Part shown: one piece after another, positions 10,945 through 20,557 of the stretch
Layout of the letters: every line of letters begins with the position of its first letter
Position numbering within the stretch: the stretch's first letter is position 1
Virus record (IMG/VR): IMGVR_UViG_3300028832_000097
Span: 1 to 64,000 of that record
Length of the DNA: 64,000 nucleotides
Strand: one strand, 5' to 3'
Source: a virus
Taxonomy: Duplodnaviria; Caudoviricetes
Program-made: the position numbers and the translations under genes
The notes under the pieces: generated by a model
The model's database searches: none
Seen by the model: the letters and a program-made list of their open reading frames with translations, nothing else
What the model was told of the DNA's origin: nothing

Positions 10945-11190
10945 TTAGAGCCCGCATTCATCTGTGTAATCAGATAGCAATTCTCCAAGTTCTTGCTTGA
11001 GTTCCTGGAACTGATTGAAGTCAGCAAGTTTCTTCCTATCTTTACCGTTATCATGCGAGATGTAAAGTTCAGCACCTGTGTAATCACCATCTTTGAAGTT
11101 AGATACAATATCCAATTCAAGTTCAATGGTAGATTTAAGATCCTCAGCGGCTTTTATAGCGGTTTTAGGCCGTTTTGTAAACTGTTTCAT
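10945..11190 (-). CDS. leader-family protein (MKQFTKRPKTAIKAA)
   Basis: Start moved to the leader Met (GGAG RBS). Confidence 0.7.
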   Translation of the reverse strand: MKQFTKRPKTAIKAAEDLKSTIELELDIVSNFKDGDYTGAELYISHDNGKDRKKLADFNQFQELKQELGELLSDYTDECGL

Positions 11191-11217
11191 ATCAAATTTC
11201 TCCAATCTTTAAAGTTT

Positions 11218-11427
11218 TCAATAAGTTGCAACAATAACTAGTACGTCATCGTCTGCATATACACTGCTTAGCCATAGGCCTAATTCGCCTGCAATTTCAG
11301 CAATTTCAGGATAATCTTCAATTTCAGAAATATATCCTTCGAAGAAGATGTTCTTATCCTGCTTACATACTATTCGAATAATTGTAGTAGCTGCTACGTA
11401 TAAATCCAGAAATTCCTGTAATCTCAT
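11218..11427 (-). CDS. hypothetical protein
   Basis: 69-aa ORF with AGGAG RBS; no leader. Confidence 0.6.
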   Translation of the reverse strand: MRLQEFLDLYVAATTIIRIVCKQDKNIFFEGYISEIEDYPEIAEIAGELGLWLSSVYADDDVLVIVATY

Positions 11428-11440
11428 ACAATTGTTCTCC

Positions 11441-11737
11441 TTATTTCAATACTTCGCCAACTTTATTTAACATTGTATATATTTGATCGTCAGAATCTAA
11501 CAGTTCATTCAATGCTTCATATGCTTTTTTGAACTCTTCATCTTCACGAATAACATCTAAACATGCAAGGTAGAATCGGGTTAAAGCTGAACGAATTTCA
11601 ACAATGTTAGGACAAGCTTTATATATTGCAATTTCAAGATCTGCAAGTGTTTCTACTTGATAATAATTCCAAATGTAGTTTCTTGCGCATATGTACAATT
11701 TATTGTACAGATTTACAATTTCGTGTTGACCTATCAT
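11441..11737 (-). CDS. hypothetical helical protein
   Basis: 98-aa ORF in a tightly packed operon; no leader. Confidence 0.6.
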   Translation of the reverse strand: MIGQHEIVNLYNKLYICARNYIWNYYQVETLADLEIAIYKACPNIVEIRSALTRFYLACLDVIREDEEFKKAYEALNELLDSDDQIYTMLNKVGEVLK

Positions 11738-11762
11738 GATTGCATCACAACCCTTCAGTTAA

Positions 11763-11960
11763 TTAATCTTCTGCAAATGTTAATAGCAGAACTCTTGCAG
11801 AATCTAACAGTTCTACATCCTCATTAGATAATGCGTCAAACCTCGGATCATGAAAATCACCTAATGTCTGGAATCTCCAGAGAGCATCCGCTGCAGCCTG
11901 TGCTGCATCTCTTTGACGTTGAGTTTTACCACTCATGCTTGCGTTAACATATCTTTTCAT
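11763..11960 (-). CDS. leader-family protein (MKRYVNAS)
   Basis: Leader; GGAGG RBS. Confidence 0.7.
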   Translation of the reverse strand: MKRYVNASMSGKTQRQRDAAQAAADALWRFQTLGDFHDPRFDALSNEDVELLDSARVLLLTFAED

Positions 11961-11962
11961 AT

Positions 11963-12487
11963 TTATTCCTCCTCTGGATATAATTCAACACTTAGCAATA
12001 CATATCCGATTGCTTGCATAACATCTTTAACGATTTCTGGATCTACACCATTGTCAATTAATATACCTTCGCATTCATGTATGTTATCGTCAGTTAATAC
12101 TACACCGTCTAATACTTCCCCAGCTACTTTCATTATAGATTCGTTGGCGGGGTGCAATTCAGCAAGGTCTTCAGGAACAATAGCTTCAGATCCTTTCACA
12201 GAACATGAATAAATATCAAACGGAAATTCTACATCTTCGGCATCATTTTCTAGCCTGTCAACATCTTCCGGGGAAGCATATTGAATAAATGAACCTTCAT
12301 ACGGTAGCCCCGTTTTCCTATAACTGTATTTATCATCAACGATATTCTGTGCTTCTCTAGCAGAATGTGCCCAGATTAATTCCTCATGCCAACTGTAATG
12401 TGTGCCAGAATCGGCGTCACCATAGTCAAATCCTACTCGAGCAACAAATGGAATTAAGTCTTCAGAACTTCTAATGTACTTTCTCAT
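11963..12487 (-). CDS. leader-family two-domain protein (MRKYIRSS)
   Basis: Leader plus an internal IYS-C/VKG-S motif. Confidence 0.7.
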   Translation of the reverse strand: MRKYIRSSEDLIPFVARVGFDYGDADSGTHYSWHEELIWAHSAREAQNIVDDKYSYRKTGLPYEGSFIQYASPEDVDRLENDAEDVEFPFDIYSCSVKGSEAIVPEDLAELHPANESIMKVAGEVLDGVVLTDDNIHECEGILIDNGVDPEIVKDVMQAIGYVLLSVELYPEEE

Positions 12488-12557
12488 TATTCAATCTCCA
12501 AAATCAAAATTATCTAATGTGTCATTTCCGGTTGAAATTTGATGTACTTTTCATTTA

Positions 12558-12917
12558 TCATACTTCCACATTAGAATATTTACGTTTCATTGTAATAGTT
12601 ACTTTATAAGGTTCAGGGTCGTTATCACCCTTGCCACCTGACCAATAATATGTAACAGATGAAATAGCATACCATATTTTAGCTTGCTTCAAATCAGAAA
12701 TTATAGTATCTACTACTTCTTGTGCTGCAGCCTTAGTATAATTACCTTCAGATGTTAACATTGTGTTATTTTGATAGCTCATCCCAATGTCCCAAACACC
12801 TTCTGCGTCTGCTGCAAGGATATCACATGCGATTCTACCCTCAGATGTCAGATTATCTATCTCACTTCGGCGGACAGATCCTGTAATTTTAGGATACTTT
12901 GTAAAATTTCTCTTCAT
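12558..12917 (-). CDS. leader-family protein (MKRNFTKYPKITGS)
   Basis: Start moved to the leader Met (AAGGTG RBS). Confidence 0.7.
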   Translation of the reverse strand: MKRNFTKYPKITGSVRRSEIDNLTSEGRIACDILAADAEGVWDIGMSYQNNTMLTSEGNYTKAAAQEVVDTIISDLKQAKIWYAISSVTYYWSGGKGDNDPEPYKVTITMKRKYSNVEV

Positions 12918-12930
12918 AATCAACACCTTT

Positions 12931-13308
12931 TCACGATTTGAACCAATCTGCAAACTCATAAGTATTGCAATGTACATCTTTACCTTCGGTAGTTTTAAAA
13001 TATGCCATAGCTAAATCTTCGGCGTATCTCCTAGCATCTCCTATAAGATATTCTAATAAAAGACCACCGCCTACTGTATAGTTAGAACCAACAACCCCGT
13101 CAAACTTAACATATGATGGAGAAGCAGATTCAATACGACACCTACCACCGACAAGCTTAAATGCCTCTTTTATATTATTTGGAATATCAGCATTCGCACC
13201 ATCAGTAATAGTATGAAACAAATCAGAATAGAGCTTATAATATTTCTGCTTATCAAACCCTGCAAACTTACTATCCAGCTCTTGATTACTTCTTATGTAT
13301 CTTTTCAT
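12931..13308 (-). CDS. leader-family protein (MKRYIRSN)
   Basis: First gene after the AACCTT motif at 13359-13364. Confidence 0.7.
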   Translation of the reverse strand: MKRYIRSNQELDSKFAGFDKQKYYKLYSDLFHTITDGANADIPNNIKEAFKLVGGRCRIESASPSYVKFDGVVGSNYTVGGGLLLEYLIGDARRYAEDLAMAYFKTTEGKDVHCNTYEFADWFKS

Positions 13309-13375
13309 AATGGAACACTTCCTTAAACAAATAGTAATGGTAGTTTATACATGTAATTAAGGTTCAATCAGGTTA

Positions 13376-15208
13376 TTAAGTTACTATGTACTCCCATCTC
13401 ACAACTCCTGAATCATAAACACGAACAAATCCATGATTCTCCATGATTTCTTTCTCGGTTTGATGCTCAATATCAATTGTATCATCTTTAAGTAGTGATT
13501 TTAAAAATTGCTTTTGGCAGCTAACTCTATGATAGTATTTGGTATCATCTTCACGTGCCCAAACGTAACTAGGCTCGGTTAGATGCTTTGATACGAATCC
13601 TAATTTTGTGTATAGATTACCCTTTGTGTGTGCAAAATCAGAAAACGAAATGATTTTAGATGCAGTATAATTGCGCAAGAAATACTTAAATAATTTATCT
13701 GCACCACCTGCAATGTTACATTCAAGTTTTGTACAGAATCTAGAAAGTTCCCATGTATCTGTATCATCTTTAGAATTAGTACCCATTGTCTTACGAATGT
13801 GCCCGAAAGTCATAACAGCTACAAGTTCATCTGTTGAATTTAACCTCAATCCAAATCGTACTTTAGAATTAGTGTAACCTTGGCGATGATTCGCATCTAA
13901 AAATTCTTTGCATTCTAGATAAGATATTTCTTCTACATGTGTATTTCTTGCACCATATTTTGTAGTGTTTGCATGCAGTAGATTAGATAGCATTGATTTG
14001 ATAATTTCAGGTTTAGCTAACCATTCATATCCAAATATGTGGAACAAGAAAACATCATGCTCTTTACAAATATTAGATTTGTTTTGGTGATACTTATAAT
14101 GTTTAGGAGTTTCATGCTTAAATCCGCCTTTAGATGCATTGTGAGTGAATGCAGGATTGCATTCAATTCCTAGATTAAATTCAGGTAGATAAAAATCTAA
14201 TTCATAAGGGGCAATAATACTTCGATTATTTCGAAGAATTGTAGCATTCGGCACAATTGTTTTAAGGAATTCATATACATCTGTCTCTATCCAACTATAA
14301 GATTTAGCAATCAGATTGCTACAATTATGCTCCACAAGTATATCGTATATTGGGGTATCTGTTACACCTAAGGCAGTTCGAAGTTCTTGTATATTGGGTG
14401 CATGATCAAAATTCCTCAATATGTAATTTACCGGATCAGATTTGAAACTCATGTATTCCGATACTTTTGAAGGATCTAATATCTTTTTAGCATATGTATT
14501 TTCAGAAAGTGGTCTCCCATTAGGATAGTGTGCCTTATATGTTGCTAGCCTCTTAGCTTTTATATCAGGGTGCATAGGGGGAGATGTAAACCCATATACA
14601 TTTAAATTAGAAGCAGCTCGACCTTTAAGATATCTATCACTATTCATTATTTGCTTGAGCTTTTTTCGAATTTCAGGAGCTTGAGATACATTTTTAACCT
14701 TGTAAGTCATCATACATTTGTTTTCACGCCTAGTCCTTACTTCTTCTGAGCTATTCCGCTCACTGATCTTAGCTCTAACCCAATCTAGTTCGCTGACATT
14801 ATCTACACCATAAGTGTCCTTAACAGTACGATGGTGTAACTCTTCAGCACATACTTTTGAACATGTTTGCGGCTTCTCATTAGGGGAGCAAGTATATTCA
14901 AATTCATTACCGCATATTGCACATGTAGATTTATGAGGGCCTTCGCAGTAAATTTGACCAGGACTAGTACGCTTAAATAATTTACCGCATTCAGGGCATT
15001 CTTGTTCCACAAATCGAGAAATCATTGTTTCCTTTCGCAACGCCTTTGTGCATTCCGGAGAACAACATTTATGCGGTTCACTAGGTTTTCCATATGCTAC
15101 AGGTTTGCCGCATCGAGGACAAGGTCGATAGTGCGGTCCATTACAGTACACACCGTTGCCTACACGGTCAAATTCTTTCCCACAAATCTTACACTTGAAT
15201 TTTGACAT
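13376..15208 (-). CDS. zinc-finger-repeat endonuclease with a C-terminal GNAT/Mom-like domain (Hef-like homing endonuclease architecture)
   Basis: Repeated CxxCGK.F...YC.GPH; YGVDNVS repeats; ELDFYLPE...IECN PD-(D/E)xK-like core; FLDANHRQG, ELSRFC, GGADKLF, ISFSD...GNLY..LGF and VYDSG motifs. Confidence 0.7.
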   Translation of the reverse strand: MSKFKCKICGKEFDRVGNGVYCNGPHYRPCPRCGKPVAYGKPSEPHKCCSPECTKALRKETMISRFVEQECPECGKLFKRTSPGQIYCEGPHKSTCAICGNEFEYTCSPNEKPQTCSKVCAEELHHRTVKDTYGVDNVSELDWVRAKISERNSSEEVRTRRENKCMMTYKVKNVSQAPEIRKKLKQIMNSDRYLKGRAASNLNVYGFTSPPMHPDIKAKRLATYKAHYPNGRPLSENTYAKKILDPSKVSEYMSFKSDPVNYILRNFDHAPNIQELRTALGVTDTPIYDILVEHNCSNLIAKSYSWIETDVYEFLKTIVPNATILRNNRSIIAPYELDFYLPEFNLGIECNPAFTHNASKGGFKHETPKHYKYHQNKSNICKEHDVFLFHIFGYEWLAKPEIIKSMLSNLLHANTTKYGARNTHVEEISYLECKEFLDANHRQGYTNSKVRFGLRLNSTDELVAVMTFGHIRKTMGTNSKDDTDTWELSRFCTKLECNIAGGADKLFKYFLRNYTASKIISFSDFAHTKGNLYTKLGFVSKHLTEPSYVWAREDDTKYYHRVSCQKQFLKSLLKDDTIDIEHQTEKEIMENHGFVRVYDSGVVRWEYIVT

Positions 15209-15293
15209 ACTACCCTCCTTACATACAATAACGATGTGGCGATTTGATTTAATTAAAGGTTATGTGGGTCGGGTCTATGGCATTTAGAATACA

Positions 15294-17096
15294 TTAGGTA
15301 TTTATTACAACTACATATTCATTATTGCTATTTAAGTGTGAAGAATTTTTCAAAACTTCTACAACATTATCTTTATACAGTTGAGTATCATCTACTACAA
15401 ACACGTATCGTTTACAAGTTATTCTATCTAACACTACTTGTATCCATTCGTCACAAGATTTAATAGTCATATTATCAAAATATATCTCCTTATCCGCATA
15501 AGGAGGGCAAGTTAATACACAATCAAATGCAATATTATCATATGACAACACATCCTTGCAAGACACTTCACCTTGTAGCGCAAGTTCACGTATTATGTTA
15601 TTTGCTTCTGTTACAACTATAGAATTAATATCAGACCCAATATATTGCTTCCCTGCAGCACATACGCCTAAGAGCCTTCCGGAAAATCCCGAAAATGGGT
15701 CAAAAATCGAATCAAATTCAGATAAATACTTAACCGTAAGATACTTAGCTAATACAGGGTTGAATACTGAAACTTTTGGAGCGATTTTAGAAACATTGAA
15801 ACCTTGCAAAACTTTACTAGGATCCACATTATTCTGATAGATTATTCTGTTTGCGATGCATTGTTTGAGTAATGTATCGTCATTCCATGCATCGTAAGGA
15901 GATACTTTATTCTGGATGTGGCACATGTATATAGAAGTATGATACTGTTGTATAGATGATACTCCAAGTTTGCAATACGGATTATAATGTTCACAGTCAT
16001 ATTTACAAAGTTTTGCATAATCGGAATGTATGCGTTTAGTTGAATATGTAAATTTTGGAAATCCATTGGCCCGGCACCAGAAAAACAGATCAGTATCATA
16101 AGAAAATATATTGTTATCCATTTGTAGTAGTAGTTTTTGTAAATTACGCAAACCTCGTTCAAAGTCTGATTCTATGATGGCTACGAAAATATGATCGGCA
16201 GGTATAAGTGCTAGCCGAGTATCATCATAGTCATCTCGGACTTTTCGGCCATCAGGATCTTCCAAATAAGAATGCCAATAAATACCATCACAATCAATTA
16301 GTATCTTATACTTGGGTAAGTAGACATCAAATTCATGCACAATATTGTTAGATTTTAACACATGATGAACTTGATATTCAATATTATATTGGTCCAGCAT
16401 ATTGATGAGCCGAATCTCAAGAGAGCTCATATTAGCGGAATTCCTTGATTGTTTAGAACGCAATGCGCATGACTGCATTGCAAATGGCACACCATACCGC
16501 TGCAGGTTAGTTTCAGCAGTAGCTTGCCTGCACTCTGAACTATTTATTCTCTTTTGTATTTTCACCCTAACTTCTGGAATTTGGGCAACGTTAGTATACT
16601 GTGTTCCGTATTTTTCCTGAATGGTTTGAATTTTATATGATTCAGAAGCTACTGCTGAATCGTGTAACTTTGACCTCACTGTATCTGATTGTGACACCAC
16701 GCTCACATTGTACTTATCTAAACATGTTTGCTCTCGTAGCTTATTTGTACATTCTGTAGAACATCCTGGAGTAGGCTGATATGGATACTTAATTAAAACA
16801 GGTTTACCGCAAATAGGGCAAGGCTTGTAATGCGGTCCGTTGCAATATAGCGTAGTATTACTGATAGGATGAAATTCTTTCCCGCACAAGAGACATATAC
16901 GTGTTTCGTTTGAGATAGATTGTTTCCGCAATGCAGCTTTACAGGCTTTTGAACATGTTTTAGGAAAATTAGTCATTGTCGATATTGTATATTCTTTACC
17001 GCATATTATACATTTAGCAACATGAGGTCCTTTACAATATACTTGTGTACCTTTTGCGTCAAATTCATTACCACAGTATTTACATATTCTTATCAT
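15294..17096 (-). CDS. zinc-finger-repeat Vsr/DUF559-like endonuclease fused to a DNA amino-methyltransferase
   Basis: Start moved to MIRICK (AGGAGG RBS). Same zinc-finger repeats; EFDVYLP...IDCDGIYWH nuclease; MTase motif I DPFSGFSGR and motif IV TCPPY. Confidence 0.7.
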   Translation of the reverse strand: MIRICKYCGNEFDAKGTQVYCKGPHVAKCIICGKEYTISTMTNFPKTCSKACKAALRKQSISNETRICLLCGKEFHPISNTTLYCNGPHYKPCPICGKPVLIKYPYQPTPGCSTECTNKLREQTCLDKYNVSVVSQSDTVRSKLHDSAVASESYKIQTIQEKYGTQYTNVAQIPEVRVKIQKRINSSECRQATAETNLQRYGVPFAMQSCALRSKQSRNSANMSSLEIRLINMLDQYNIEYQVHHVLKSNNIVHEFDVYLPKYKILIDCDGIYWHSYLEDPDGRKVRDDYDDTRLALIPADHIFVAIIESDFERGLRNLQKLLLQMDNNIFSYDTDLFFWCRANGFPKFTYSTKRIHSDYAKLCKYDCEHYNPYCKLGVSSIQQYHTSIYMCHIQNKVSPYDAWNDDTLLKQCIANRIIYQNNVDPSKVLQGFNVSKIAPKVSVFNPVLAKYLTVKYLSEFDSIFDPFSGFSGRLLGVCAAGKQYIGSDINSIVVTEANNIIRELALQGEVSCKDVLSYDNIAFDCVLTCPPYADKEIYFDNMTIKSCDEWIQVVLDRITCKRYVFVVDDTQLYKDNVVEVLKNSSHLNSNNEYVVVINT

Positions 17097-17167
17097 GGTA
17101 TTGCCTCCTATAAGGATATTGTGTAGATAAAAGGTTACACCAAACATGTTACCTCGAATAACGATTC

Positions 17168-17202
17168 AAAAAAATAGTAGCAACGCAAAGGCGCTGCTAC
17201 TA
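17168..17202 (-). terminator. Rho-independent terminator after the tail tube gene
   Basis: TAGTAGCAGCGC-cttt-GCGTTGCTACTA followed by T7 on the - strand. Confidence 0.8.
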
Positions 17203-17228
17203 GGAAAACAATCAGTTAATAGATTGTA

Positions 17229-18099
17229 TTACCTGTAATCTTCAGGCCTCAAGTAGATTGCTCTAGAGATGACCAAAGGTACTGTAACCTTAACAATATC
17301 GCCACCTTGCTGGTTCATCTCGCCGTTATTTAGTGCACCGATCCATGTACCCGGACACTTAATTACGTCCCTGACGTTGCCCTGGCCATCATATTTGATG
17401 AAGTAAACATTTCTCATGTACTCCGTCGGAAGCCCCATGCGCTCAGTCTCAGTATCGTAAACAAGACGTCTCCAATCTCTGAGTGCCTGCAGAACGTTAG
17501 GTTCACAGTAGCAATTGAGGTTCCAAGTAACAGAATTGAATGATACTTTTGAAGGGAATTTGATGATACCATTACCATAATGTACTGTGATTTCATCTTG
17601 GTTCTCTTCAATTGCACCTACGGAATCTGTAGAGAGTGTTAAGAGTTCGGAAAATTCTGCAGGTGAGCTTCCGTCCATGTTATATACACGAATTTCGAAG
17701 TTCCATATCTTCAAGTAGATTCGTAACATCTACCCGGTTAGTTATTCAACTAACTCCTCCTATTTTCATAGGATGTGGAGACTATATCATCACCTCAATT
17801 TTGTGAGGGCTCGGCGCTACCGTACGATTTCACGGATTATAGTCGTTGAACCTTCTTCAGTGCTTGAAGCTTGGCTGCTGATTATCCAATCTAAATAATT
17901 TTTAAGCGAATTCACATCTACTATTCCTAGTTACTGTTGTAGCTTATTTAGCTCTAAGGACTTTCCAGCAATTCACCGAGTTATTCAATGTACCTCGCGG
18001 TACAAGGGAACTGTGAGATATCTCTCAATTCGTAGTTAATGGTACATAAGTGTCCACACCTAACATATGATTGGTTCCCATGTAAAGTGGTTTAAACAT
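17229..18099 (-). CDS. tail tube protein (gp19-like), spliced: exon 1 18099-18028, exon 2 17702-17229; 181 aa
   Basis: AGGAGG RBS, then MFKPLYMGTNHMLGVDTYVPLTTN and a TGA at the intron start. Removing the intron joins in frame to NFEIRVYNM.... The product has tube-like features (EITVHYGN..IKFP, LRDW...VYD, YDGQG). Confidence 0.8.
17703..18027 (-). ncRNA. group I self-splicing intron (IA-like), 325 nt, no ORF
   Basis: Exon 1 ends in U with P1 GAAU/GUUC (U-G wobble). P = AAUUGCUGGAAA, Q = AAUCAGCAG, R = GUUCAACGACUA, S = GAUAUAGUC. P3 CUCGGUG/CGCCGAG, P7 GACUA/UAGUC, plus P8 and P9 hairpins. Terminal G at 17703; splicing restores the reading frame. Confidence 0.92.
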
Positions 18100-18148
18100 A
18101 AGTAGTATCCTCCTAATATAATTTATGTAACACGATATAAGATTATTA

Positions 18149-18177
18149 TAGACAAATCTGTGTATCTAATATATTAT
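18149..18177 (+). promoter_or_regulatory. sigma70/sigmaA-like promoter for the + strand endonuclease
   Basis: TAGACA-N17-TATTAT, 34 nt upstream of ATG 18211. Confidence 0.5.
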
Positions 18178-18210
18178 TATTATACAATAACTTTGAGAAA
18201 GGTAATTACT

Positions 18211-19854
18211 ATGAAATATAAACGAATATGCAAACTATGCGGACAACTATTTGAATCAGACTCACCGTTGAAACGATACTGTAATAAAGATCATTATGCT
18301 ACATGCGAAATATGCAAAAATCAATTTGTTTGGAATCATGCAACCGAACCAAACTGTTGTTCCACAAGGTGTAGAAATATCAAAAAATACGGAGTGGAAC
18401 ATCCTATGCAATCTAAAATAGTGCAAGAACATCATAAACAAAGTATGAAACAATCATATGGAGTTGAACATGCATTGCAATTAGATAAATTCAAAAATAA
18501 GGCCTCAAACACAAATAAAGACAGATACGGAGTAGAATGGGTGCAATCCAACCCAGAAATTAAACAGAAATCCAGGAACACTATGAAAGAACGATATGGT
18601 GCAGAAACTACGCTACAATCGCAGGAACTCAGCAAGAAAGCTAGGCAAACAATGCAAGATCGATATCATACAGATAATCCTATGAAGGTTGAAAAATTCA
18701 AACAATTAGCTAAACAAACAAATACATATAAATATGGTGTAGAAAACCCGATGCAAGCTGTAGATATAGCAGAAAAATCTAGAATTAATCGGCTTAAAAA
18801 TATAGAAACAACAACACAGCATATTAAAGATACATTTTTAGAAAAATACGGAGTCGATAACCCCTCTAAATTGCCAGAAGTTCAAGAAAAAATATCTAAC
18901 AAACTCAAAGAGAAATATCCGGAATTTCAACCAAAAATGATAGACACTAATATGGGTAAGTACGGGGTACCGTTTTATTGTATGTCTGAAGAATGTCGAA
19001 AACTATCTGGATGTGCTATTTCTAAAGTGAATCAAAGATTTTCCGAGGAATTAGACCAAAGAAATATTGAACACAGCGTTGAATTTACACTAGAACGTTA
19101 TTCGTATGATGTCAGAATAAATAATACATTAATTGAAATCAATCCGACGTACACACATAACGTGGTAGGTAATCATTGGAATGCTCCTGTTGATTGGGAC
19201 TACCATCTTAAGAAAACACAGATAGCTAATAAGCATGGATACAGATGTATACACGTATTTGATTGGGATGATCAAGAAAAGTTGCTGAATATGTTATCGA
19301 ATCCAAAGTATAGAATATCTGCACATAAGTGCAGCATATATGTATTAAATACAAACATAGGATCTCAATTTCTCAATAGATACCACCTGCAAGGTGCATG
19401 TAGAGGACCTCAATTATATCTAGGATTAGTATATCAAACTAAATTAGTATATGTTATGGCATTCACAACACCTAGATATAACAAGCAATATGATGCAGAA
19501 TTAGTTCGGTTCTGTTCACACCCAGAATATAAAGTTTTCGGAGGTGCTAGTAAATTATTTAAGTTTTTTATAACAAATTATGAAGTTACGTCTATAATAT
19601 CATATTGCGATATTTCAAAATTTACAGGAGATACATATGAACACCTAGGTATGCACTTACTCAAGTCTACACAACCACAAGAAATATGGTCAAGACATAA
19701 AAAACACATTACAGCTAATTTACTGCGTGCACATGGATATCAACAACTTGTGGATTCTACAGGAGATCCAAATAAATCAAATGAGGAAAATCTTTTAGCT
19801 GACGGATGGTTACCAGTATATGACTGCGGTCAAGCAGTTTATGTGTTTGAGTGA
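18211..19854 (+). CDS. free-standing Hef-like homing endonuclease with KYGVxxPMQ repeats and a GNAT/Mom-like C-terminal domain
   Basis: Only convincing + strand gene. Zinc fingers; about 8 (K/R)YGVE(H/N)P repeats; YDVRI...IEIN nuclease core; FLNRYHLQG, ELVRFC, GGASKLF and VYDCGQ motifs. Confidence 0.75.
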   Translation: MKYKRICKLCGQLFESDSPLKRYCNKDHYATCEICKNQFVWNHATEPNCCSTRCRNIKKYGVEHPMQSKIVQEHHKQSMKQSYGVEHALQLDKFKNKASNTNKDRYGVEWVQSNPEIKQKSRNTMKERYGAETTLQSQELSKKARQTMQDRYHTDNPMKVEKFKQLAKQTNTYKYGVENPMQAVDIAEKSRINRLKNIETTTQHIKDTFLEKYGVDNPSKLPEVQEKISNKLKEKYPEFQPKMIDTNMGKYGVPFYCMSEECRKLSGCAISKVNQRFSEELDQRNIEHSVEFTLERYSYDVRINNTLIEINPTYTHNVVGNHWNAPVDWDYHLKKTQIANKHGYRCIHVFDWDDQEKLLNMLSNPKYRISAHKCSIYVLNTNIGSQFLNRYHLQGACRGPQLYLGLVYQTKLVYVMAFTTPRYNKQYDAELVRFCSHPEYKVFGGASKLFKFFITNYEVTSIISYCDISKFTGDTYEHLGMHLLKSTQPQEIWSRHKKHITANLLRAHGYQQLVDSTGDPNKSNEENLLADGWLPVYDCGQAVYVFE

Positions 19855-20012
19855 GCAAAGTCACCATTATCTATTAGTTCGGAGTATGCTTGTGCCTGCC
19901 CCTGACCGTATGCAACATCGCAATAATATTTCAATTCTTCTTTAGTTACAATACTGTTGGTTTTCTTATCAATAATGCTCCAGTATGTTTCAAATGTCAT
20001 GTTTCATCCTTT

Positions 20013-20372
20013 TCAACGCTTGTGGGGATCTACTACCCGCAATCTACCATAAGTTATGTATTGAAACCGCAGAGAGTCGTATTTCATCTGATATTCTATC
20101 ATTGGCAAAAGTTTATGTGCTAAATCTTCTGCCATTTCTTGTAGTGTCATCTCCATAGCTGTCTTGCCCTCCTCCGGACTATCTATTACAAGTTCCCTTG
20201 GAAGATGCACTACACTGCCAACGGTTATAACATCTGGTCTATGCATCTCAATGCGAACAGGTTTGAAGTTATCATCTAGCATGTAAGCTGTTCCACAGCT
20301 TTTGCAAATCAATGTTGTTCTATCTATATGACCGCTACACCCAGGACAAATTAAAGGCTTCAAATCACTCAT
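20013..20372 (-). CDS. zinc-ribbon hypothetical protein
   Basis: CPGC...CKSCG; start moved to MSDLKP (AGGAG RBS). Confidence 0.6.
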   Translation of the reverse strand: MSDLKPLICPGCSGHIDRTTLICKSCGTAYMLDDNFKPVRIEMHRPDVITVGSVVHLPRELVIDSPEEGKTAMEMTLQEMAEDLAHKLLPMIEYQMKYDSLRFQYITYGRLRVVDPHKR

Positions 20373-20557
20373 TGCATACTCTCCTATATCAGTTATGTTC
20401 AAATTTCAAACATGCATATCTACCTGACATTCTGCCATAATGATATGCAGGATCATTAATATATTTTTGATCGCGTAATTCACAATACCCATAAGTACCG
20501 CCTCTATTACCTTTGTAAGCACTTATGAAATATTTGCAATCTTTACATTTTAATTTA

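Noticed and set aside
17703-17729. Track start of the tail tube ORF (MLRIYLKIW)
   Set aside because: It lies inside the intron's P9 region; the true start is 18099.
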